64,000 nucleotides of DNA from assembly GCF_006345805.1 (NCBI RefSeq), contig NC_042999.1:73780001-73844000 (forward strand), in the 5' to 3' direction. Source of the DNA: Octopus sinensis. Lineage: Eukaryota. The notes below the pieces were generated by a model, which was given only the letters and a program-made list of their open reading frames with translations, searched no databases and was not told where the DNA came from. The position numbers and the translations under genes are program-made. This document shows, one piece after another, positions 26,046 to 36,904 of this stretch. The first letter of the stretch is position 1. The number at the start of each line of letters is the position of its first letter.

Positions 26046-26254
26046 CTATGAAAAGAAACATCCGAAAATAAAATAACCAAGATGAAAACACACAAAAAAA
26101 AAAAAAAGAAAAGGGAAAAGAAAGAAAAATGGAAAAATTATACTAAGTACAATAAGAAAAGTAGTTCTTGCAGGTTTGCAGTTTTAAAAAAAACCCATAA
26201 AAACAAAGAGTTCAAGTTTTGAGGAAGGAAGATTACAAATAGTATGTAGCATGA

Positions 26255-26277
26255 GGGTGGGGTTGGGTTGGGTTGGG
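26255..26277 (+). other. G-quadruplex-forming motif
   Basis: GGGTGGGGTTGGGTTGGGTTGGG: five G-tracts of 3 or more with 1-2 nt loops. Confidence 0.7.
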
Positions 26278-27596
26278 TTAAAACAGAGTGGGTGATAGGA
26301 AGAAAAGAACTTTAATTAGATGAGTTTAGCTTCATGTGGCATATAATCAACAGATTCAGAAGAGCAGACACCAACAGAAAATAAAATATAAAAGATGACT
26401 TCAATTAATTTTTCTTTCATCTGTGTTGTTAGCATACTTTATATGAGCGTTCATAGGAACATAAGCTAAAAAAATTATAACTTTCTTTTTTGAATAACCA
26501 AGTTCTGTTTTATAGTCAATTTCAAAGCAATCGTCCTCTGCATGAAATATGCTTTGTAAAGATACTTTGACTACAAAGGTTTTTTTTTTACTGTATATTT
26601 ATTTACTTTTTAGCTTGTATTAAGATTTTTTTAACTATTTAAGTTGGTACTAACATATTTAATGCAGTGAGGAAAAGATAATTTAATTTCTAGTGTTATT
26701 TTAATCACTTCAGCAAATGGGATACAACTCCAGACATACTTCAGTCTAATTAGACCTCCTCAGTAAAGTATAGACGTTCACCCTAATTGCCAAAGTAGCG
26801 ATGAGAGAATTTCTAAGTAGATATATAATATTAGGTAATTTACCTATCTAAAAAAGAAAAAAATATCACATTGTTAATCTTTTTTCTTCACAACATAATT
26901 ACTTTATAAACCTTGTGATATATAAAATATATTAAATATGTTTTAAATAAAGATGGTATCCCTAAATAATTTTTCCTTGGTGATTTATTTTTAAAGTATT
27001 CAGGATGAAAGTTTATCTGAGTCCTGTGTCAACTTTCTGCTACTTGAATTTGCTTCACTGATATTTGAACAATAAATAATGAGTGTAGTTTGGCTGAATG
27101 GGTAAAAAGTTCACTGTGCAATCAATGAGGTCCATGGTATCTTGGGCAAGAGTCATTTACCAAAGCTTTGGACTGACTCAAGCTTTGTATGTGAAATTTC
27201 ATAGACAGAAACTAACTATCAGATGGATTTTACATATAACACCATATAACAGGATTTTTGTTCTTGGATAACAACTGTTATTTCCTATTTGCTTGTCCCT
27301 AGAAAGTATGAAAATTGGCTAATATCTCCTTCAAACTTTGCTTTTGTTATATTTATTCAAACCCCAAAGAATCCCTCTCAACACATGGCTATGATGTTGC
27401 CCCACTACTCCTGCTCATGATCAGAGATGCACATATTTCAGCCATAAAGGGATATGCTCAAGTGGTTACGGTCAAGCAACTGACAAGGAAATCTGTGGTA
27501 TTGGGCAGAATATTCGCTATAATGATATCTCTGCTTCAGCACTGAATCTGTCTGAAAGGTAATGGAAAATAGGCCTGTTTAAAAACGTTGATGTTC

Positions 27597-27905
27597 AGTA
27601 TTATTCTATATTTTTGAGATGAGGAATTATGTACATTATTTACAATGGATAGATAGGTGTCCTCATCTTGTTTGTTGTTATCACAACATTTCAGCTGATA
27701 TACTCTCCAGCTTTCATCAGGTGTTCTGGTGGAATTTTGAATCCAACCCTTTATTTGACTAATGGGGTACACTGTTCTCATTCATAAGGTATGTTGCTGA
27801 TGTTATTTTTCTGTTGATATTATTTTTCAAGTCCCTGCCTGAGATTAAACTTAGAATCCGAGGGTTAGTAGTCCATGCTCTTATCCATTACGCTATATGC
27901 CCACA
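27597..27905 (-). mobile_element. tRNA-headed element with a Penelope-like pLTR tail carrying a hammerhead
   Basis: Minus strand starts GGGCATATAGCGTAATGGATAAGAGC...GTTTAATCTC (degenerate A/B boxes), followed by an HHR motif and a tail gatgaggac...tgtacataattcctcatctc. Confidence 0.65.
27680..27725 (-). ncRNA. Minimal hammerhead ribozyme motif with intact CUGAUGA/GAAA core
   Basis: AACAC-CTGATGA-A-AGCTG-gagagtatat-CAGCT-GAAA-T-GTT-GTGAT. Confidence 0.7.
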
Positions 27906-28040
27906 GGCATTCTAAATTTAATCTCAGGCAGGGACTGGAAAAATAATATCAACAAAAAGATAACATCAGCAACATACCTTAGGAATGAGAACAATGTACT
28001 CCATTAGTCAAATAAAGGGTTGGGTTCAAAATTCCACCAG

Positions 28041-28086
28041 AACACCTGATAGAGGCTGGAAAGTACATCAGCCGAGACATTGTGAT
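28041..28086 (+). ncRNA. Degenerate hammerhead motif in the right arm of the inverted repeat
   Basis: AACAC-CTGATAG-A-GGCTG-gaaagtacat-CAGCC-GAGA-C-ATT-GTGAT; the core is mutated. Confidence 0.55.
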
Positions 28087-28269
28087 AACAACAAACAAGA
28101 TGAGGATATCTATCCGTCCATTGTAAATAACTAATGTTCAGGTCACAAAAGCAAAGTTTGAAGGAAATAGTAGTCATTTCCTTTGATTTCTAAATAGAAA
28201 CAAATAAGAAATATCACTCGTTGATCAAAGACAAAATAAATAAAAACTTTGTTACACAGTGCAATTTAA

Positions 28270-28463
28270 CCCTTTAGCATTCAGATTACTTTGTAAGATA
28301 CTTATTTATTCACAGTGTTTTGAATTAATCGTGCATTGAAGATGTGATTGTTCATTTTAAGAATGATATTGTAGAAGAGGTGTGACAGGCTGGACCCAAC
28401 TAGTTTGAATGTAAAACAGGTAGAATATTTGGGCTGGATATAGCCAGCTTAAATGCTAAAAGG
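28270..28463. mobile_element. TTAA-flanked piggyBac-like MITE
   Basis: TTAA-CCCTTTAGCATT ... AATGCTAAAAGG-TTAA; 12-bp TIR with 1 mismatch. Confidence 0.85.
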
Positions 28464-28539
28464 TTAATGGTTTAATTAAATATTCAACCACTTTGCGTGC
28501 AAATTTATTGAATAGGTAAGCACTCCAGTTGATACAATA

Positions 28540-28760
28540 ATTGAATATTCTTCTATATTTGAGAGATGAGGAATTATGTAATTTGCATTTGATGGATATT
28601 TGTCCTCATCTTGTTTTGTTGTGAACACATTTCAGCTGATGTACTCTCCAGCCTTCATCAAGTGTTGTGGAGGTATTTCAAACTTGGGTTCTCATTCCTA
28701 AGGTATTTTTCCGATGTTGTTGCTATTATTATTATTATTCAGATCACTGCCTGTGGGCAA
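28540..28760 (-). mobile_element. Third copy of the Penelope-like HHR element
   Basis: 28621-28666 on the minus strand reads AACAC-TTGATGA-A-GGCTG-gagagtacat-CAGCT-GAAA-TGTGTT; the flanks match copy 1. Confidence 0.75.
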
Positions 28761-29564
28761 TTATGGAGTGAATTTTAGGGCTTATAAATCTAATATTTTC
28801 CTATCCTTCTTTAATACCGGTTCCCATATGCAACTCGTATCCGCACTAGGTCTGCTTAGGAGGTTATTATGTCCTAGCATATGTGCTGCCTCTTTTAGTT
28901 TTCATATTTTCCACTGGTGTTCTCTATTTATAATTTAACTTCATCCCACAGGGGGAGGTGGTCTCCGTTTTTCCATACATGATCAGCTATACTTGATTTA
29001 TCAATATCTCCTCGTATCATTGTTGAAAATGAGAACTATCTTTTTCTTTTGAGCAAAATTTGTCTGGTTCTGTTATCAAATTACTGCTCCATGCTCTTGC
29101 TCTTCTGATATTTGAACAGTAAAATAGCAATTTTTATGAAAATAACTCCTCAGTTATTAGTGTGTCTGCAAATTTGAGCAGCAGAACATGCTCAGTTGCT
29201 GCTGACAGAATCTAAAGATGGTTTTAAACTTGGATTATTATTAATAAAATTAAATTGAAAAAAAAAGTTAATGAGCATATAACATTTTATATAACAAATA
29301 TATTGTCATTGGGGTAAAAAAAAATACACTGGACTAATTTAATGGATACCACAAGAGCTAATGAGCACCACGCAACTTGCATTTTTATTTCTCTATTACA
29401 CATGTTTTATTAAACAATATATTTCTCACCATTAGCTCCAGTCCTAGAATCTAGAAGATTTTTAAAAGCAAGTGTACTATCTTCTTTTTACCAATATTTA
29501 TCCAAACTGAGCATCCATACACATAGAAATACAAGCTACAGACTGTAACAAAATATATAGTTAC

Positions 29565-29691
29565 CTTCAAAGTCATTCAGTCCTTCCAGCTTGAGTAGGG
29601 TTTCACACATCTCTATTTTATTATAAATTTCAGATTTTATTAATAAGGCTTTAACAAAGTCAAAAGCAAACCCTTTATACACAGCTTCCAC
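29565..29691 (-). CDS. PDCD10: PDCD10/CCM3 coding exon 3 (VEAVYKGFAFDFVKALLIKSEIYNKIEMCETLLKLEGLNDFE+G)
   Basis: ctttgttctctttcag acceptor and GAAG|gtaact donor, 127 nt, open frame, phase 0/1 fits both neighbours. Corresponds to the dimerisation region. Confidence 0.92.
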
Positions 29692-30371
29692 CTGAAAGAG
29701 AACAAAGATGGTAATTATTATTCAATAGAATGTGCATACACACACACACAACACAAAATCAATTAACAATATTTAATAAGACTTATTCTAAATTGAAAAC
29801 AAAAAAAAAAGCAATTGTGTAATCTGGGTTTGTTCTGTACCAACATGTTATACACATCTGTGTGTATATCCTTATTACCATCATTTTAACATCTACTTTT
29901 ATATGCTTGCATGGGTCAAAGTGAGCTTAATGAAGAAGATTTTCTACAGCTAGATGTCCTTCCTGTCACTTGCCTGTTTCTAAGCAAGATAATATTTCCC
30001 CATGGCCATACATGTTCTTGCAGAATATTGTAAATGAACGACTGCTTGTATGACAGTGACACTTATTTACAACTGTCATATTATGTCAAAACAAGAAGAC
30101 ACAAGCACAGACTCTCTCACACATACATAACTGTACACATACACACACGTGACAAGCTTCTTTCAGTTTCTGCCTATGAAATCCATTCACAAGGCTTTGG
30201 TTGGCTAGACTACAAAACACTTGCCCAAGGTGCTATGTAGTGGGACTGAATTCGAATCTATGTGGTTGGAACTAAATTTCTTAACTACACAGCCACCATG
30301 CCAGCACTTATTGCTATGCCTGAACCTATTATATATACACACACATACATACATGTATACATATGTGCACT

Positions 30372-31032
30372 AAGTTTGAATCCATAAAGTATAAAGATGG
30401 AGCTGTCTTGTGCACGTGTTACATATTAAAGCTACATAATTATGCATTATTTAGTAATCCTACTGATGAGCTAAGGATGTAAAATTAATTTATTTGGTCA
30501 TTAATACCAAAACTTGAGTACAGGATTAACTCATTTTTTATTTTGTTCACTCTAATGCCATTAACAGCGTACATTTAGGAATTCTTTTGTCATGGTTTGG
30601 GTTTAACTACCCTTTTTAGCATGTAAATTTTTAAACACTCTAATATATAAAAATACGTTATGTCTCATGACTTTTATTATGCATGCAAACCACTGGCAAT
30701 AAATTATTTTAATTTTTTACCCTCATATTTACACAGTAGAATTTTCCAATTTTGAGGCCACATAGGACACAGTTTAAATTTATTTACTGCTGGACTATTT
30801 GAATACACTCACCCAATAAGTTTGAATCCATTATGTATAAAGATGGAGCTGTCTCGTGCATGTTTTCGATATGTATTAAAGCTACATAACTATGCATTTT
30901 TTAGTGATCCTGCTGACAAGCTACGGATGCCAAATTAATTTACTTGGTCATTAATAGTGCATCTTGAATACAGGATTAATTAATTTTTTATTTTATTCAA
31001 TCTAGTGCCATTAACAATGTACCTTTATGAAT
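30372..31032 (+). mobile_element. Retrozyme-like element: two direct repeats of about 215 bp, each with a decayed type-I hammerhead
   Basis: Repeats at about 30372-30582 and 30818-31032 (aagtttgaatcca...tataaagatggagctgtct). HHR folds at 30455-30528 and 30905-30978, 450 nt apart. Confidence 0.6.
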
Positions 31033-33984
31033 TTATGCATTTGATCACTATAAAGAAATTATTTGTGCAGATTGTTCAGCAAGAAATTGTAGAACTGTCT
31101 TTCTCAGACTGTAAGAGAGTACCATCATATGTATATTACTATACTGCTGCTCTTCACTTCTCCCTTTGTGCACTGCTACTCATCATCTCTCCCTGCCCAT
31201 ATGTATCATTGGTCATTCCCACCCCTTATCCATCATTCATTACATGCATCTGTCAGCCCTATTCAATTTCTATCAATGTTACCTACTCTTCCTTAGCTTC
31301 CCTACTAATTCCTCAACAATTCGTCTTCATTATATTCTTCATCTCACCCATTTCTATCTTTAACCATCTCTCACTCTCCCATCCTCTATCCATTCAAACA
31401 ATCTGTTCTCCCACTCACTTCTACTTAACTCATATGTTGAGGGTTCACTCTGACATCCCATCACTATTATTTCCTGTTCCACCCATTCTTCTACAATGTA
31501 AACAGCCATATAACTCCTCTATAGCAAGAAGCATGTTCTTTTCTGATCCCTTCTCTCACACTTAAATCCTAATCTCATAGTGTAAAGCTGTCTCTCTCTC
31601 AACTGAAACTTCATTCGGTCAATGGGGATTTTAGTCTGGTAAGCTGCATAGCTATCTAAGTAGTGCTGGTGCCATGAAAAAAGCACCCAGTATATGCTAA
31701 GTGGTTAGCATTAGGAAAGGCATCCAGCTGTAGAAATCATGCCAAAGTAGATACTGGCACACAAAACAGTTTACAGATCTGTCAGATATTGTCAAACCGT
31801 CTAACCCAAGCCAGCATAGAATGTGGATGTTAAATGAAGATAAATATATACACACATACATATCAATCTCTCAAAGATTTATAGAAACAATTCCAAACAT
31901 GAAAGCAAAACCTAGGAGTAAGAGATCACAAAATAAACTCAGTGAAGACTAAAATCTTTTAGTAGGAAGAACAAAGACAGAACCCAACAGCTATCAGGAA
32001 AATGTGCTAACTACGCAGATGAGAAGGTAAGAATCCCATAAAATGTATATGGTGCAAACTGTGAATGTACAAGATATAGTAGAATCACAAGCAGAATAAA
32101 AGAGAAAGAAGACTTTATGTGACAGATGCAGTAAAAGAGCACATGAAATAGATTCCTTCAAATGTCTGGAAGGCTCCTTAGAAATAGCTGATAGCTTTTG
32201 TTACTTAGGTGATCTAATTAACAATGGAAGTAAGTATTCTGAAATCATAGCTGTCAGAGAAAGAAGAAGGTGGAAAGAGTTCAGGGAATTATTATCTCTG
32301 CTGACAATAAGGAATTTCTCTTAGAGTGAAGGGCAGATTGTATGATGCTTGTATTTGAAGTGTGATGCTGCACGGTACATGCTCTGCCAGATGTGTAATA
32401 TTACTGTCTATGGATGATAGAGCACAAAAGAACTGAGAGAAATGTTAGATGTAAGAAGAATCAGATAATGTGCAAGAGAGAAGACTGTGTTGGCACAAGC
32501 ACATGATGTGTATGGATAATCAGTTGTATAAAGTAGTGTCCAGTACTCCAAGTGGATGAAACGTGGTGAAACAGAAAACCAAAGAAGACACAGGATGAAG
32601 TGGTGAAGATAGATTTAAAGAAGTTGAATTCTACATAAGATAACAAAAGACTGCAACAAGTTGCAAAGTGCTGTACAGGAGAAGGCCAATCCAACCTATG
32701 CAAGCATGGCAAAATGGGCACATAAAATTATGCTAGTGATGGATGCTGAAAAGTATAATATCAGCATTTGGGTCTCTCTAACCTAATGTGTTCATTTTAA
32801 GTCTGTCTATTGCTCTCCTCTCTTTGATATTCCCTAACCATTACTCACTGTGTCTCTCTATTATTACCTCATCTCTCTCGTCATGTCACCAGTGTAGTAA
32901 GAGATGTTACTGAAACTGTCCGTATTCCACACCCGCTCCAAACCTTTACTGCTAGCCTTACACATTCTCACCTATCACACCTACTATTACTCATTATTAG
33001 CCTTTATAACTCCCCACCCTTTTCTCTCTTGCTCATTGTTGACATGTTTCACAATCTCTCACTTCATTACTCTCTTTTCTACCACCTTGTTTCCCTCCTA
33101 TCACTCTCTCTTCCCCCAATCACATGGCTCATTCTGTTCAATCTCCTAGCAACCAACATACAGCTAATATCTCGCTCTCTTTCATTAATTTCTCCTCTAA
33201 CACCCTCTTGTTCCTATTACTCTAGTCTCCTCTCTAACTTTCTTGCCTTTGTCTTTTCTCTTTCAACACCCTCATTTATCATCCTTTTGGCCATTTGCCT
33301 TGAATGAGCTGAAACAATGTCGGTAGAAAGGACTCTTTAATCTTGCTGGGGACATGCCAAACTCTCTAGTCGAAGAATAAAATGCATTTCATACACTCTC
33401 TTAAGTGACTGACAGATAGAGTCAATATAGGGAAAAGAGAAGTTCTCTAGTGCTAGTATGATGATAACATGCACCTATAACAGTCTGTAAAGTGTTAGCA
33501 TTAGAAGGGGCATCCAGCTGTAAAAACCATACTAAAAATGTAAAATAAGAGTGAGATGTAGTCTCTAAGTAATTTAGGATTATAATTCCTTATAAGAACT
33601 GATTTCAACTGTAACATTTCCTACACTTGCCAATATGGAAAAGTAGACATATATTGATGATAATAAAGGCAAATTACAGACAAAGTAAGAACACAGTATG
33701 GAGTCAAAATTGTAGGAATCTAGATGTTGAATGACTTATGGTGCAAATTCAACAGAAAGGTGATAGAGAATAGTACAGAGTAATGTAACAATTGACAGCA
33801 ACAAAAGGATTACAGACCGGAGAAATGGAGAGATCTGGAGGGCATTATGTAACATTTAGATCAATTGTAATAACAACTGGAGAGAAGCAATTTTACAGGC
33901 TTGTTCAAGTATAATTACAAACTAAAACTGCTAGATTTTGAAAGTTTATGTAGCCAAAAATGTCTAATAAGAAAATTCGAAAAA

Positions 33985-34266
33985 GCACTTTTGCCAGCCT
34001 CATCTGGCCCCTGTGCCGGTGGCACGTAAAAAGTACCATCCAATCATGGCCGTTTGCCAGCCTAGTCTGGCACCTGTGCAGGTGGCACGTAAAAAGCACC
34101 CACTACACTCATGGAGTGGTTGGCGTTAGGAAGGGTATCCAGCTGTAGAAACATTGCCAGATCAGACTGGGCCTGGCGCAGCCTTCAGGCTTCCCAGACC
34201 CCAGTTGAACCGTCCAACCCATGCTAGCATGGAAAATGGACGTTAAACGATGATGATGATGATGAT
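33985..34266 (+). mobile_element. Young RTE-tail SINE-like module ending in (GAT)n near the exon 2 donor
   Basis: gtggcacgtaaaaagcacccactacactcatggagtggttggcgttaggaagggtatccagctgtag...ggacgttaaacgatgatgat. Confidence 0.88.
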
Positions 34267-34321
34267 ACAAACTATTATTGCATTGAAAGCAATAAAAACA
34301 GAAATGAAGTGATATAAATAC

Positions 34322-34375
34322 CTTGCAAAAGGCTGCTCTCAGAGTCTGGGCTGCTGCCATGTCTTCCTGCTCAAG
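34322..34375 (-). CDS. PDCD10: PDCD10/CCM3 coding exon 2 (LEQEDMAAAQTLRAAFCK)
   Basis: ttttctctctttag acceptor and AAG|gtattt donor, 54 nt, phase 0/0. Matches human LERVNLSAAQTLRAAFIK. Confidence 0.96.
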
Positions 34376-35584
34376 CTAAAGAGAGAAAAGGATAAAACTG
34401 TTACACATATTTTTCAACAAACAATATTTTATATGTTGTTTTAAAGAAGCAGAACAATGTTTATAGTATTATAGATGATAACTGAATAAAATGTAGGCAA
34501 ACAATAACTCAGTGTAAAAATATTCTAAATTAGCTCTTACAAACTAATTATTTCATGAAAAATGTTAAGATACTGAGTATGGTGATATTGATTTCAATAG
34601 AGCACAGTCTACCACAGTTGGATGTGCCAATTATAGATCTCTTTCTAAAACAATTTTCTTTTGGATATAAAACAGTCAGATAATATATTTTGTCTTTTAT
34701 CTTTTACATGTTTCAGCCATGCTGGGGCATCACCTTGAAGAATTTTAGTCAAATGAAATAACTCTAGTACTTTTTTTTTAAAGCCTGGTCCTTCTATCAG
34801 ACTCTTTTACTGAACCACTAACTTATGGGGTTGTAAAGCAATAGTGGGGGACAAAGATATATACAAAGACACATACATAAACATACACACATGCACAAAG
34901 ACACAGATACAATGGGCTTCTTTCAATTTTCATCCACTAAATCCATTCACAAAGTTTTGGTTGATCTGAGGTTATAACAGAAGATACTTGCCCAAGGTGC
35001 CACACAATGGGACTGAATCTAGAATCATGTGGTTGGAAAACAAACATCTTACCACAGCCACGCCTGTGACTAATTAAAAAATAAATTCTCAGCTGACTAG
35101 AAACATTTTTATGACCAAATTAACCTAATCAACTCTGGTCTGATATTTCCAAATAAAGGACTGAATGTTTGTTCAAACCACAAACTTAATAGATGAAATA
35201 GGGTGAAGAAGATTTTGATCAAAATTTCCATATAGCAGAAAGATGAAATGCTATAAAGATAGGATTCAAATGAAGGACTAGTAAATTAATTACAATTGTT
35301 CTGAGCTATTAATCATAAAAATGCTTCTTGAATTATTGTTTGGTAAGCATCCTTGTCAAAGTTGTTATTGTTTAATCACAAGTCTAATAGACTTATCATT
35401 ACACAGTCCAGCTTTGAACATCCCATCCTTCTATACAGACAAGACTATACTGTCCAGCGTGTTGTTTTTTTTTTTAAAGATAATAGTGTAACTTGGATGC
35501 TATTTCTAGCAGGTTGAGTGACTGCTTAGAGGCTACCAAAATTAGTTTGTGTAGATGTTCGGGATTAGAAGGTATACTGTTTAA

Positions 35585-35805
35585 TCCTTTCATTACCAAC
35601 CCAGCTGAAACTGGCTCTGGCACTGTAGTATAAATGTCTTGTTTTCATAAGTTTTGAATTAAAATCTTCCATCAAACCTTAGTCATAATTTATATTCCTA
35701 ACACTAGCTTAATGATAACTAAGTTATTTTACTAAATTCTTTGATATATTTAAAATAATTGAAGGAAACACAGATCATCTCAAAATAAATACAGTAACGA
35801 AAGGG
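35585..35805. mobile_element. TTAA-flanked piggyBac-like MITE
   Basis: TTAA-TCCTTTCATTAC ... GTAACGAAAGGG-TTAA; 12-bp TIR with 2 mismatches. Confidence 0.85.
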
Positions 35806-36506
35806 TTAAACACAGTAAGAATTTATAAGGCAGCAGTAATTGTTAGAGAAACAATAAGCATACTAATTCTCTTACTGGCTTAGGCCTATCTTCAGCATGT
35901 ATGAGTGGGATTCTTGAAAAATTAACACACTATATAATTGATTCCAAAATTATTAGCATTTCAAAGTACGTAGTTATGCTCAGCATCTATTCTTTAAGTT
36001 TTAAAAACAAATAGAGTTTCTGTTGGCCAAGGTTGCATCAGCACATATAAATGCTAATCTGGGCAAGATTTCTTTTGAGGAAGACTAGTAGTTACCCTTG
36101 CATGGAGGTCTCTCCTTCCTATGCTATTAATGTTTAACCAAGGGAAAGGTCAATGACTTTTTGGAGCCACTGTCATTACAGGTGATACTGTCAGAATACA
36201 AAACTGCCCATTAAAAAATAATTCATATTTAAATAATAACCTATTATCATAATTTTATGTAAACACTTTTTGCTATGCTTCTGACACCAGTTTAATAATG
36301 AACAGTTTTATTATTTTACTAAATATCTTCAAACTCTCATTTTAGAAATAAACTTAAGCACACAGGCAGTGCATTTCATTAAAAAATATGGTCACTAAAA
36401 GGGTAATCTTAAGTAGAAATTAATTTATGATACTAATGCTCTATAAATATACAACAATGAGCAGCAATTAGAGATAATTCAGAATTTTATAAAAATTACA
36501 ACATAC

Positions 36507-36578
36507 CCTTTCCAAAATGGGTCCAATAATAACGGGAATGGTCATTGCAGCATACAGGGACTCATCACCCATGGTCAT
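36507..36578 (-). CDS. PDCD10: PDCD10/CCM3 coding exon 1 (MTMGDESLYAAMTIPVIIGPILER)
   Basis: ATG at 36578-36576, 72 nt, then a GTATGT donor. Candidate acceptor (gaattatag) at 36593-36592 gives 13 nt of 5'UTR. The MTMGxE...PVI.PI start resembles invertebrate Ccm3 as I recall it. Confidence 0.9.
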
Positions 36579-36904
36579 ATTTAATTCTTTTCTATAATTC
36601 GTTCAGTGGAAGTAGATTAAGATAGAATTTAGATTATATGAAAAAAAAAAATTGTTCTTTGTATATTTTGTTTTTGCAGGTTACACTGCTAAGATATAGA
36701 ATTCAATCCAGCAACATAAGCGATTCTTAAATTCTTGATTGCAACACCTTGGAATAAAAATCTGGAAGAAATAGAAGAAATATATGAATCATAAATAGTG
36801 TAATGAAAGCAAAATTTTCAATTGACATTCACAAAAAGCTGACCTCAATTCAGGCAGAACTAGTATCAAACAGTAAACTAGATACCTAACTCCTATTAAT
36901 GTAA

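Larger units (their letters stand above)
27636..28130. repeat. Inverted repeat with arms of about 220 bp (27636-27857 and 27909-28130) and a 51-bp spacer
   Basis: Arms align along their length, e.g. ttatttacaatgga/tccattgtaaataa and gtccctgcctgagattaaa/tttaatctcaggcagggac. Confidence 0.93.

Noticed and set aside
31005-31565. 186-aa ORF, one of the longest non-LINE ORFs in the track
   Set aside because: It arises from a stop-poor CT-rich tract, has low-complexity composition, and shows no splice or homology support.
35876-35912. 37-nt minus-strand segment with ttttcaag acceptor and CA|gtaaga donor between coding exons 1 and 2
   Set aside because: Inclusion would shift the frame, and the protein aligns without it. 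It would be a poison-exon candidate only if RNA-seq supports it.
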